Source: Octopus sinensis
Taxonomy: Eukaryota
Reading direction: 5' to 3'
NCBI RefSeq assembly: GCF_006345805.1
Contig: NC_042998.1
Coordinates: 170,872,001 to 170,936,000, forward strand
Length of the DNA stretch: 64,000 nt
The notes under the pieces were generated by a model. The model saw nothing but the letters and a program-made list of their open reading frames with translations. It ran no database searches and was not told the DNA's origin. The translations under genes were made by a program, and so were the position numbers. Below are positions 33,765-46,000 of this stretch, piece after piece. Positions within the stretch are counted from its first letter, which is position 1. Each line of letters begins with the position of its first letter.

Positions 33765-36018
33765 AACCTCTAGGTGACTCTGATCATGCTATGATCATCG
33801 CCAATCTGGCTCTTGCGGGCAACAAACACCTGAACCATCTCCAATCTGCTTCCTTCGATTGGAAGAGAGCAGATTGGAACCTGTACCACACTGAACTACA
33901 GCACCCAAACTGGCGTGAATTCTACAACTCTGGAGATGTGAATACTATACTCCAGAGTATCCTGGACTCAATATGGGCAGCATGTGCAGCATCAGTGCCA
34001 CGTAAACAAAAAAAGAAGAACCACCCCAAAAGGGCAATTTGGGAAACTTCAGCGGTCCGACTTGCCAGGAAGGAACGTCGGACTGCTGAACAGGAATACA
34101 AGTTGCATAAATCAGACACCAACAGGAAGAAGCGGAATAAATCCTCCAACCATCTCAAGCAAGTGACAAAAAATGCAGTGCTTGAATTTGAACAGTGCAT
34201 AGCAGCCAATCCTGACAGCAAGGTTTTCTGGAAATATGTGCATTCAAAGCAGAGACCTCACTCTCCAGTGGGCCCTCTTCGCAACCCTCACACGAACCAG
34301 ATCACTGACGACCCCAAGGAATGCGCAGAACTCATTGCCGAGTGCTATGCAAACATATTCACTGTCGAAAGTCAAAATGTACCATCTTCACCATCACTAA
34401 CAGCAAACTCCATAACAACTATGGAATTTACACCTGCAATGCTGCGACGTCACCTTCAAAATAAGCGCAACTATGCCTCCCCTGGTCTCGATGGAGTTAC
34501 ATACCTGCTTCTCAAACGTGGCAGGCACTTCCTTTTACACCAGCTTTCTATTTTCTTCCAGTACTGTCTCAACAATGGTGCTACTCCGGAGCAGTGGAAA
34601 ACTGCCAGTGTCATTCCTCTGTTCAAAAAGGGTGACTGCACATCACCTGTCAACTATCGCCCAGTCAGTCTCACTAGCTGTATTGCAAAACTGATGGAAT
34701 CGTGTGTCAGAGAAACACTCTGGAACTTCTGGAGCTCTCACAGTCTCATCCGACCCTCACAATATGGATTTGTCCCTAACTCCAGCTGCAGTGACCAGCT
34801 TGTCGAGTTCCTTGAGGACATTACTCAGATCACTGACAGTGGCTCATGGGTGGATGTTGTCTACCTTGACTTTGCTAAGGCTTTCAACTCTGTGCCACAC
34901 AAAAGGCTTATGGTGAAACTCTCTGCAATGGGTGTGGGGGATGACCTTTTTAACTGGTTGAAATCCTTCATCCTCAGCCGAAAGGAGGTAGTCACAGTTC
35001 TAGGACAGCACTCTACACCATATGAGATGTCATCGGGTGTACCACAGGGATCTGTCCTTGGTCCCCTCCTGTTTGTGGCATACATTAATGACATAGATGC
35101 CAATTTAAAGAATGCCACAGTATTGAAATATGCAGACAACATCAAGCTGTACCTTGAAATCAAGAGGACTGATCCTGATGTCTACAACTCTTTCCTGCAA
35201 TCAGACCTAGACACAATGCAGCAATGGATCACAGACTGGCAACTGAAACTGGCTGTGGACAAGTGTACTACCATGCATTTTGGGAGAAAAAACCCTGCGT
35301 CCACATACTCCTTCCACAACACTGATATCAAGAAATCCTCTTGCGAGCGTGACCTAGGCATCACTGTCAGCAGTGATTTGCGTTGGACAAAGCATATCTC
35401 TAAAATTGTCAAGAAGGCCGAGGGTGTCTTGGCATCACTCAGCAAGACTTTTGTTAGCCGCTCTCCAGCCATCTATTTAAAACTGTATACAGCTATGGTA
35501 CGACCACACTTGGAATTCGCATCATCAGTTTGGAATCCCTATCTTGCTCAGAACATTGACCTCCTGGAATCTGTCCAGAGACGTGCAACCAAACGCATAC
35601 CCTCCATCAGACACCTACCATATTCTGAGCGCCTTGTTTCCCTGGGCATGGATTCACTGAAGCTCCGGCGTCTGGCGACGGACTTGGTAGACACCCACAA
35701 GGTTATCAACCACCTCACCAACAACAACACTGAACACCTTTTTGATCTCCATGTGTCTAACACACGTGGACATGCCTACAAAGTCAGAAAACAGCACAGC
35801 TCCCATGACTTTCGGAAACATTTTTTCACGCTCAGGGTTGCTGAAGCGTGGAATAAACTGCCTGCATCAGTTGTTGACTGCCATGACACTGCATCCTTTA
35901 AGGCCCTCATGCTTCCCGAAATCCGTCGAAACTACACCTGATTATATATACACTTTAGATGAGTTGTAGTGCACCTGAGCACTGTACACAATTATTATTA
36001 TTATTATTATTATTATTA
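33765..36018 (+). mobile_element. Young 5'-truncated CR1-group LINE with (TTA)n tail
   Basis: Starts at the APE endonuclease C-terminal PLGDSDHAMI motif; full RT; CR1-like YL.Q.IDLLESVQRRATK and FFTLRVAEAWNKLP; visibly GC-richer than the host; interrupts an older GAT-family repeat at ttatta. Confidence 0.92.
33791..35941 (+). CDS. LINE ORF2 remnant, 716 aa reverse transcriptase; catalytic YADD reads YADN
   Basis: SPGLDG, NYRPVSLTS, QYGF, YLDFAKAFNSV, SGVPQGSVLGPLLF, YADNIKL; no stops or frameshifts. Confidence 0.9.
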   Translation: MIIANLALAGNKHLNHLQSASFDWKRADWNLYHTELQHPNWREFYNSGDVNTILQSILDSIWAACAASVPRKQKKKNHPKRAIWETSAVRLARKERRTAEQEYKLHKSDTNRKKRNKSSNHLKQVTKNAVLEFEQCIAANPDSKVFWKYVHSKQRPHSPVGPLRNPHTNQITDDPKECAELIAECYANIFTVESQNVPSSPSLTANSITTMEFTPAMLRRHLQNKRNYASPGLDGVTYLLLKRGRHFLLHQLSIFFQYCLNNGATPEQWKTASVIPLFKKGDCTSPVNYRPVSLTSCIAKLMESCVRETLWNFWSSHSLIRPSQYGFVPNSSCSDQLVEFLEDITQITDSGSWVDVVYLDFAKAFNSVPHKRLMVKLSAMGVGDDLFNWLKSFILSRKEVVTVLGQHSTPYEMSSGVPQGSVLGPLLFVAYINDIDANLKNATVLKYADNIKLYLEIKRTDPDVYNSFLQSDLDTMQQWITDWQLKLAVDKCTTMHFGRKNPASTYSFHNTDIKKSSCERDLGITVSSDLRWTKHISKIVKKAEGVLASLSKTFVSRSPAIYLKLYTAMVRPHLEFASSVWNPYLAQNIDLLESVQRRATKRIPSIRHLPYSERLVSLGMDSLKLRRLATDLVDTHKVINHLTNNNTEHLFDLHVSNTRGHAYKVRKQHSSHDFRKHFFTLRVAEAWNKLPASVVDCHDTASFKALMLPEIRRNYT

Positions 36019-36861
36019 GCAGCACTAAAGAGGTTGTCTTGTCCTTCCAAGACTAAAGAGTCCTCTCTTCATTGTTTCCACTTGTTCAAGGTAAATGTAA
36101 CTGAGAGATTGAATGGAAGACAGTATAAGTATGATGGAGGCCACAGAGTGATATAAGGGAGAATGTATGTGTGCTTGGTGGTGGTGGTGGGGATAATATG
36201 AAAAAATGGGAGGGGAAGGTGAAGTTTAACTCAACTTTCACTGCTAATCTGCTTGTGATTCCACTGCACTTCTTGTGTACCCATGGTTTGCACTGGATAT
36301 GCCAAATGGAATTTCAAACTATTCCTTTCCTGCATGTCAAGCACAACCATTTCTCTGTCAGTTGCAGGGCTTTGTTCTTTACTACTTCCACCCTTTAGCA
36401 TTCAGATTACTCTATCAAATGAAATAATTATGCACATTGTCTTGAAGTAATCATGCATTATCTCATAGCTTTGAGAGTTTGAAGATGTATTGCTTATTTT
36501 TAGACTGACATTGTAGGTTCAGTGTGAGAGGATGGGTTTGGCCAGTCTTGATGCAAAACAGAATATTTGGGCCTGATATGGCTGGTTCAAATGCTATAGA
36601 GTTAGGGAGATTTCTCTTTTTTGTGTAAAGCAAAATATAATTAAAATGCTTTGGAAAATTTTCTTTTTTGTCTTACTACATGTTAAAATAAGTATTGAAA
36701 AAAATTTAATTTGAAATAAGACTTGATTATGAAATTGAAAGTTATCTGTTATAAATGTCTACAGGAATTAACCTTTTACTGTAATTAAAGATGCTCTTTA
36801 GACTTTTGACTACTATGTGGTTTAGCAATTTTTGATTGTAATTTTTTGTTTGTTTTATCAG

Positions 36862-37036
36862 AGGGGGAAGCCTTAAGCCCCAGCAGTGAAGCAATATCTG
36901 GGGACACAGATATCTCTAGTTCAAATCAAAACTCTACGGATGAAGAAAAATTACTTAGTTCATACGGCTTTGGCCATAGAAGACGGCATAGTGCCAGTGC
37001 TGAACAGAGGCAAGCAGAATTCTCACTGGTCAACAG
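36862..37036 (+). CDS. CLEC16A: CLEC16A exon (GEALSPSSE...NQNSTDEEK...FSLVNR)
   Basis: tttatcag| and AG|gtatgt; QNSTDEEK matches human QNTTDEEK; phase 1 to 2. Confidence 0.9.
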
Positions 37037-37141
37037 GTATGTATTCTGATTTATTTTGTGTTTTTCCATTCTTGTTTGTGTTTGATCAATCTGTTGAGCC
37101 TGACTGTCAATGAAGAGAATTATAAAAAACATACACTAGAG

Positions 37142-37846
37142 CAGTGGTTTTCAACCAGGGTTCCGCCAGTACAGTGCAGGGGTTCCACAAGAAGTTACAA
37201 AAATGCTAAAATCGGCAGTAATTTTTAAGTCTCCTGTGCAGATATGTGTGCATAAGACTATTAAATTATTGCACAGGGGTTCCTCGAGCCAGTGGAATGG
37301 GCCCTGTTTATCTAACTGTAAATAGTAACCACACAGTAAGAACAAACTTAACATTCTCAACAACAATGTAGCTATGAAATTTATTGGCATGTTTCATTAG
37401 CTTACAGTGTATTTGCTGATATAACTTAGTGAAATGTGTCATATCAAGCTCTCTTGCTTCAGATACACTGTGAAAAGATGACATTTTCAGTGGAGTCTTA
37501 ACTCAGTGAATTGAGGAACTTGGTCTACCAGAACATATCTTTTGCTGAACTTAGCTTGCAATTACTGTCATATTAATGACGTTTCTTATTAATGACTTAG
37601 TGGCACATGAATCTCCTTCAATGACTGTGTTGTATTAACTCTGTGGTAGTTACACTAGAGTGCCATGCCATTGTCTTTTCCAGTAAAATTTTATCTCATG
37701 AAAAATTATTTCATACAAAGGTCACTTTGCTTTGTTTGTCTTCTGATTTTTTTCATTTTGGAGCATGGGTGGGGGTCTGTGAAGCTTTGAAAAAATGGGA
37801 GGGGGTCTGTAGGATGAAAATTTTGAAAAAGTTTGGGAACTAAGGG
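37142..37846. mobile_element. Degenerate hAT (Charlie-like) non-autonomous element
   Basis: Left end cagtggttttcaaccagggttcc; right end aaaagtttgggaac preceded by gggggtctgt repeats; TSD not clean. Confidence 0.5.
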
Positions 37847-38029
37847 TCTATAAAGAAGGACATTTAACAGTGTTGTCTTAGGCACACCTGAAGAAAAAGA
37901 CTAAATTCCTTTGATGATGTCAACTGGATCCATGCATACTTGTATTAACTGAAATAGCCAACAGATGTTAGTATAGGAAAAAAATTTAGATATAAATTTA
38001 TCAAACATTAATCTTTATTTATATTTCAG

Positions 38030-38130
38030 ACCATATTTGGAAGCCATATTCAATGCCTTAGAATGCAATGAAAATGACTATGAGACTTTATTTGCTTTGT
38101 GTTTACTATATGCAATGGGACACAATGAAG
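38030..38130 (+). CDS. CLEC16A: CLEC16A exon (PYLEAIFNALECNENDYETLFALCLLYAMGHNE)
   Basis: atttcag| and AAG|gtatgt; conserved LCLLYAM.HN. Confidence 0.95.
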
Positions 38131-38632
38131 GTATGTGAATATCCTTTAAAATATTTAAATTTTGTTATAAACAGAAAAAAAATTTTTAATTAACTGAAGA
38201 AAACAATCTTTCTTAAATTAGTTTGTTGGTTTTCTTCTTTGAGATTATGCTTGAAACACTTATTAAGAGTACTTGTTATAGGGTTTAAAAAATAAAATCA
38301 TGTCGGCATTTATATATTACTAGATTTTTCTAAGTTACATGGAATGCCTTGTAGTAGAGTTAGAAAGCAGTTCAGAATGTGAAAATATATATAACTTCAC
38401 TGTAAAATAAAATTGAACTCATAACAGCAAACCATGGCACATTGACATTGCAAGTTTGAAGAACTTATTGGATCAGTCTTCAAGCAGAGCTGTAACCATT
38501 ATAGAACTTGTTAGTGACATAGAACTCCCAATGAACAAACTAACTTATCAAGTTTAAAACTTAGATCTGACAAAAATATTCATTTGGAAACGTTAATATT
38601 TTTGCAACATTGACTATATATTTTGTTAATAC

Positions 38633-39030
38633 GACTCTTTTACTTGTTTCAGTCATTTGACTGTGGCCATGCTGGAGCACTACCTTTTAGTTGAGCAAAT
38701 TGATCCCAGGCCTTATTCTTTGTAAGCCTAGTACTTATTCTATCGGTCTCTTTTGCCGATCTGCTAAGTTATGGGGACGTAAACACACCAGCATCGGTTG
38801 TCAAGTGATGTTGGGGGGACAAACACAGACACACAAACATATACACACACATACATATATGTATATATATGGCAAGCTTCTTTCAGTTTCCATCTACCAA
38901 ATCCACTCAGAAGGCTTTGGTCGGCCTGAGGCTATAGTAGAAGACACTTGCCCAAGGTGCCTACGCAGTAGGACTGAACCTGGAACCATGTGGTTGGTTA
39001 GCAAGCTATTTACCACACAGCCACTCCTAT
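38633..39030 (-). mobile_element. tRNA-derived CORE-like SINE, family B, near full length
   Basis: Reverse of ggagtggctgtgtggtaaatagcttgc...ggttcagtcc...accttgggcaagtgtctt...tgactgaaacaagtaaaagag. Confidence 0.85.
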
Positions 39031-42000
39031 GCCTATATATTGATGTTATAAACATTGTTTTCACTGATGCATATGTATTTATAAATATGTTTTAATATAT
39101 GTATATTCTCAAGCCTTTTAGTTTGTATCGTTTTTTAATTTAAACAGAATATTAGTGCAGAAAATATTTGATTCCTGTTAACTCGTTAAATAGTTGAACA
39201 TTACATCAATAAGTATAACAAAATAGATTTAAAAAAAAAGCCCACATTGCTGTGCTTTCAAATTCTGACAGAAAAAAATGATACTATTACCCTCCATTTT
39301 TGACATTATTATCTTGGTAAAAACTTTGCAAGTAAATATTGTTATTGTCAGAAATGTGACAGACAAATGCAATCTAGTCTTTGGATATGTAACAATGCTA
39401 CTAATAATGAAATAGTAATTTAGAATAAAATGTACTTTACTCTATATTATACAATAAATTAGAATGTCTTATTAAGAGTGATGATAGCATGTGAAAAAAT
39501 ATCCTTTCTAAAATTTTCTTCTCCATTATGGATTTTACATTAAGAGAAAGTCAGCATTGTAGAATTGTTCTTATTTAACTGCTATTAGTACAGGTGTTTT
39601 TGAAATGAATGAATGAAGGGATATTGCCATCCTTAAGGTTAAGGCTGAGGGGCTTTAGGTACAACCACCATTCGTCTTCAGTAGGAATGAGATCAGTGCA
39701 ACCCGAGTTCTCATCAGAATTGACTTACTGTTAGGATTGACTCCCTTAGCACTTACAAGCAGTGAAGGTGTATGCTTGGAGTTGACCTTCTTGTCTGGTT
39801 GCCTTCCAGGGCTACAGATCCCAGACAGCCTACTGTTTTTGAATTAGAAAATATTTAAAGTTACTGAATAAATTAATGTCTGTAACCTGATGCAGCCTCC
39901 TGGCTTCCTAGACCCCGGTCGAACTGTCCAACCCATACTAGCATGAGAAACAGACGTTAAACGATGATGATAATGACATATTTTCTTAAAGTTTAGTTTA
40001 TATTTAAAGCCTAAAAAAAATTACCCAAGTGTTTTTGGATTCAATTTTGTAATTTTTGTTAGGATTATAGCCTTAAAATTCAGAAGATTGAACTCTTATT
40101 GGTGTTGTCTATACTATATTATAGACAGTGTTAACTAGCAAATTCACAAGAATTTGAGACGAAACCTGTTTAGTGTGCTCTTAACAAACATAGCAAAAGA
40201 GGAAAACACTTTAGTTTACTAGCAATGTTTAAAATGTACAATTACAATAATAAGCTATGATGAAGTTTTGTTATTTGAGCTTTTTAATGCAAAACAAAGA
40301 ATCAATTAATACTTAATGGACATGGTTGTTTTTATTTTTAGCATAGCAGGGATTGTGCTAAACAAAAAATATGTTATAGAAATTTAGCAAAAAATAGGGT
40401 GAACAGTGATTTGTATATGAAGAGAATTTAAATTTGAATAGGTATGTAATAAGAAGGAATAATGATAATCTGTTGTCAAATGTTATCAATTAGTGTCTTG
40501 CTTGATAGTAATATAGAACAATCTGGAGGTAATCTGGAAGTAATGATGGTTGACCTAACCAGAGAACTGGAGTGCCAGAACATATCTTGCCCTATGGAAG
40601 CATTTTATAAAAGATTTGTCTTTAGAAATATAATTTTTTATTGTAATAGTTTTTTTTTGTAATCTTATATCATTTTGATATTCATCAGACAGAGATTCCA
40701 CTTTGTATGTAGACATAGTTTCTGATTATTTCTACATAATTTTGAGTTGCAACTTCATGGTGATAATCCTTGATTATCTGATAGCCTCTGATAGTACCTA
40801 TGCAATCTTTGGTTATGCTTTGAGGGTGCAACTTTTCTGCAACCAGAAACTGTTATTGATTTATGTAGGACTATTATTGTAAAAACTTTCTATTAAAAAT
40901 TACAAAATTTAGGCTATATTCAAGCATTGAACATAGTGAAGTTTTGATAATTAGGCTGCAAAGCACCTGCTGTAAGAAATTAATTTATCATAAAGATTAC
41001 TATGATATTGCAATATTTTAAAAATTACTGGTGACTTAATATAACTTTCTTAACAGAATAACCCAAAAAACAAAAACTATTTTCATTTGCAACTTTTACT
41101 TATATATTTGATTGTTGTTATATTGAATCAACTTTTAAAAGATAATTTCTTTCAGGTTAAAGTTTGAAAGCAAATATTTTATTTCCAGTAATTAACTCTG
41201 TATTATTCTGAATTATTCAATCTGTATTATTTCCATGCCCTGACACTTGGCTAATGATGTACAGATGGTAGGGAAGCCTCTCAGTTCTTGTCTCTAATTC
41301 AGTTTATTAATTTGTATTCGTCTGTGTGCCTGTTTGTCATCACCGTGTTTTCTGTCTTGCTCAAAATGTCATGATAAAACCCCTTCTGCTTTAATGATTA
41401 TAGGTGTGCTTTCCAGTTTTAGAGTTTAGACTCTGTTTTGATATTGGCTGTTTCCATCTTTTTGTCTTTATGCACGTTTTTGTGTATAATGTAATTCAGA
41501 TATTTCCAAAGACTTTATCAAATTAGCATTTGTCATCTGCACCTGACAAAAATTGATATTTGTGTGATGTTTAAACAAAATTATGTTAATAAAACAAAAT
41601 TATGGTAATAGTTACATGAACCTTTGTAACTATTTGATGCTACTCTGTCAGTAGCATCAAATGAAAAGGAGACAAATCTTCTGAATAAAATGAGTTGTGA
41701 ATAAAACAACTACTTATTTATAGCTCAGTCTTAGTGAGAAAGTCTCTTCTAGGTTTCAAGCTTGTAGAACTAATTTGAAAATCATCTCATATTTAAATCA
41801 TCTCATGTTTAGCTCTAATAAATTGCTTAAGAGTGATATTAAAATGCATTTTTAATAATCACAATAAGTTATTATAAATTTATGCAGAATTAGATTACAC
41901 CTTTTTTTTAAAAATCAATTAAATTAGTAAATTAAATTATTTTCTTTGTTATTTTACAAAACCAAAATTATTCTCTCTCACATATGTTTATTTCTTTAAA

Positions 42001-42882
42001 AAGCATGAGTTTATGTTGGCACTTATGTTATCCATAATTTCTTCCTTTTCTTAATTATCAATACTATATTTTAAAAAGTACTCTTTTCATTTAATTGATC
42101 TTTGATTAATTAATATAAATCTAGATACAAGCTAGAGGCATGGAAATAGTAGTAGTAAAATGTTGGCGTATTGTATGCTGTGAGTGAAATGGAGATTTAT
42201 CATCCAAACTGATGCACATTTTGCAGAGGAATAGATACAGTTGCTGTAGTTAGGTATAAAATTATATTTATTAGGCTATTTAAAGGAATGCAATGTCTAC
42301 AGGAATACATGTAAGCCAATAGGATTGTCAGATGAACACATGGACCAGTTTTGTAAGGTCCTTGTGAGAACCAACTGAGAGGTAGATGTTAAAGTTATTA
42401 TTAAAGCAAGAAATACAATGATTTTGTAGGGAATCTCTAAGTTTGATGATATTACAGTGTGTTGAGATTATGGCCATGGCAGCCGTGGCACAAACTTCAT
42501 GCAATGTCTGTGGATTTACCTACAAATTTAGTAGCACAACGAAGAAGATTACTTTGGTTTTGAATAGCAAGGAAATAGAGAGACTATTATGAAATAGGAG
42601 ACTATTATGAATTGAAAAAAATTTTTCCTGGGAGGAACATTGAAATTAAGCAGAAAGTAAGTAGGAAAATATAAAGAATGGAAGGTGTATATTTCCTGTT
42701 AGTTTGTATTTTAGACATTTGTTTACATAGTGGTTTTGTAAGTATTACAGAGAATATACAATATTATTCCAAAACAGACTTGATATATACTTCTTTTATT
42801 ATATATTTACTAAGTCCTTTTCTAAATTACAAAAGACCTTTTCTCTTTATTTAACTTTCTACTCTGCACTTATTACTTTCAG

Positions 42883-42891
42883 GACTCTACC
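42883..42891 (+). CDS. Candidate 9-nt microexon GACTCTACC (inserts LYR)
   Basis: Long pyrimidine tract with tttaac branch-like motif and TGC, then ttactttcag|GACTCTACC|gtaagt; phase 1-1; downstream GCATG (42960) and TGCATG (43006). Confidence 0.6.
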
Positions 42892-43519
42892 GTAAGTGTT
42901 AGTTACTGTTGGTATTGTTTTGTTTCTCTCAGCTGCTATTGTAATGATCTTCATGTGAAGCATGAATTATTCACATTATCCTTTACAAAATAGGTCAGGC
43001 TTTTTTGCATGCTTCACAGCAATGTTAGGGAATTCATTTATATTTTCCAATTGTTTTATAATTATATTTAAGATACTTTCTTCTGATGGGCTTTGGTGCA
43101 ACTGCCTTGTGTGAAGCTTGTTTTATGACCATTGCTTGAAATCAATAAAACTTTCCAGATTTATATCTACTCAAGTTGTTTGTGTGTGTGTGTCTGTGTG
43201 TATATATATATATATATATATATTATACACACACATTGTTGAAGTTAGTGTTGTATGGTTAAATTTTGTTTTCCATGTGAAAACTTTTGAGGAGTTTTCC
43301 CAAAGTGTGAGAAAACAAAGAGTGACATGAAATTATATTGAAGCATTCCATTTGAATTGCAGTATTTAAAATGATAATAAAGAAGGAGATTTTTATATTC
43401 AGATAGTATTTATTATGCACGGACTCACCATCAATGTTGATACTGAAAAGTTTGTGGTAAAGCATAAATAACCCCACTGATGTTCAGATTAGTGAAGTCA
43501 GAATTAATAGCCAAGAGGG

Positions 43520-45480
43520 CTGATGAAATGCTTCAACTGGGCATAGCTAACAAACAAAAGTTGTACATCTGCTTTTAGATTTGAAACCAACAGCTTGCTC
43601 CTTATTTTACTCAATGAAGGGTTTTCCAATCTGTATGGATGAGTTTTGCATCCAAAGTTAAAAATCACACAAATTCTTCTCAGAAAATATCTCACCTGCA
43701 GAATCATCATATTGAAGATTTGTCTCCTCTTGCATATCTGTTACCGCCTTCTGAAGTGAAAGGATTAAAAAAAAAAAAAAAAATTGTCACCAAAATTTGG
43801 GAAATATATGTTTTCTTTTTCCAGTTTCGTAAGATGCTCAGTGATTAATATATCATATATATCAAACATTAATATATCATATATATATCATACATTATTG
43901 ATTGTGATTTAGAAATTCTGTGACAGTAATAAACATTGCCATAGCCTAAGTATCAAATTGAATATTTCCTTTCCACAGGCATAGTTTTGCAATATATGTT
44001 CTGAGCTTAAGTATAAATTCACACTGTTGCATCTCTTTATTGACGACTCTGGTTTAGCATATTTTAGAACGTCAAAGATATCAATAATACAACATGGTTT
44101 AAAATGGGGAAAGCAAAATTCAGTCAAGAAGTGATCTTTGAAGGAAGCAAGAACATCTTTGTGTTTGTTAAAGTGTTGCAACTTTTCCAGCTATCTTCAA
44201 AGCTCAAACACATTTTGTGACATTTCCCCTGGGAAAGCCAGTATGGAATAACTACAATAAAAATTCAAGACATTTCAATAACGTATGTTGTACACATCAT
44301 CATCATCGTCGTTTAACATCCGTTTTCCGCGCTAGCATGGGTTGGACGGTTCGACCGGGGTCTGGGAAGCCAGGGGCTGCACCAGGCTCCAGTCTGATCT
44401 GGCAGAGTTTCTACAGCTGGATGCCCTTCCTAACGCCAACCACTCCGCGAGAGTAGTGGGTGCTTTTTACGTGCCACCTGCACAGGTGCCAGGGGTGTCC
44501 AGCATCAGCCACGATCGGTTGGAGCTTTTAACGTGCCACCAGCACGGAAGCCAGCCAAGGTGGCGCTGGCAACGGCCACGTTCGGATGGTGCTTTTTTAT
44601 GTGCCACCAGCACTGGAGCCTAATTAGAAAAATTCATCTGATATTTAACATACTAAAGTATATTTACATCTAATGAACTGCTTAACTGTGATGTTAAACT
44701 GCAGTTTTTAGTATTCCTGATGTAGGTCATTATAAATTTATCCACCACCAAATTTGGGCATCACCACCATCTTCAGATAGCTGTTTTAATAACCAGTTGC
44801 TAGGAGTTTACATAGTTAACCATCAGCGATAATACATTGGATCATTCACCTTATAAAACCATGTAATTCATAATGTGTTTATAATTCATAAACATAATGT
44901 GAACAGTTATTTCCATGATATGATCTCTGAAGAAGCTACACATCTGCCCTAACATTGTTGGTACTCCATCATTTGTGCTTTTAGATTAAACCCATTTTAA
45001 ACCATGTTGTTTGAAAAATTAATCTATCCTTTCAATTATGTCTGCTTCAGTTGTTGCTTTTAGTGCTGTATTCATCAACAACTCTTCTGTAATGCCTTTA
45101 TTACTTATATTCTAAGCAAATACAAGTAACTGAAGACAATTTGCCACATTTGTGAACTCCAGTTAAATTGCAAATTCAATTTCAGAATTGAAAACTCATC
45201 AATTACTTGCTACAAAATGTCAAATATTTTTTTTATTGATTGTTGGATCATAGTTTGATTGTTGGAGATAAGTGAGTTTTTGTTTTTACAGATTCATCTC
45301 CAAGGATACAAAACACTGTTTATTTTGTTACTAGGAGGACAAAGTCTTTTGCCATGTTAGATAATTATAAGAAAATCCTTATCAGACATCTTCACTGGTT
45401 TACTGGAAAAATACCAGCACTTTGATCTAGACATTGTTTTTTTTTTTTTAGTTCCTCTACTCTTGAAATAGTTAAGATCT
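43520..45480 (-). pseudogene. Decayed hAT Buster/Charlie (ZBED5/SCAND3-like) transposase
   Basis: Minus frames give EFTNVANCLQLLVFA*NISNKGITEELLMNTALKATTEADI, DGVPTMLG and KIRSKLLVSNLKADVQ; many stops; interrupted by a repeat at 44296-44620. Confidence 0.7.
44296..44620 (-). mobile_element. GAT-tailed RTE-3'-end repeat (young copy)
   Basis: catcatcatcgtcgtttaacatccgttttccgcgctagcatgggttggacgg, CpGs retained. Confidence 0.85.
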
Positions 45481-45854
45481 GTTTCTGAATGGAAAAGATT
45501 AGCTTCATTAAGTCATTGTTGAAAGTTATAGTCAAAATATACATTGCAGAATATTGATGCTATTGGAAATAAAGTCTCCAAATACTTCAATTTTGTGCTG
45601 ATCTGAAGAGTAGAAAGAGGACATGAATGCAATAGGATAGTAGTTATCAGGGTCAGAAAGGTTTATCTATAAGAGAATATTGAAGATAATTGTAGTGGAA
45701 GGAAGAATTGAGAATAAATGGTGACTATGACAGTTAATGTCTGCAAAGTTGATAAAGTAATCTATGGACAGATTCTGTTGAAGTTAAAATCATTTTATCA
45801 TCTTGTGCTTCTCAATATCAGTAGGTTTTAGCTTTCTGTGGGGCTTTCTGTGGG

Positions 45855-46000
45855 ACCCAGGTTTGAAATAACCCCAAGACACCTGAAGAAGGCTGAAGGG
45901 TAAATCAACCGAAACGTGTTAACAACAAACAAGATGAGGACAAATATCCATCGAATGTAAATAATGTACATAATTCCTCATCTCTTAAATATAGAACTGT
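45855..46000 (+). mobile_element. Hammerhead-bearing repeat fragment (Penelope pLTR-like), cleavage site deleted
   Basis: gacac CTGAAGA a ggctg aagggtaaat caacc GAAAC gtgtt aacaacaaacaagatgagg; same family as 58255-58880. Confidence 0.7.

Noticed and set aside
38691-39095. 134-aa ORF
   Set aside because: Antisense reading of a SINE family B copy
40655-40695. Minus-strand CTGATGA followed by a 6-bp hairpin
   Set aside because: Followed by AAGA rather than GAAA, with no room for stem III
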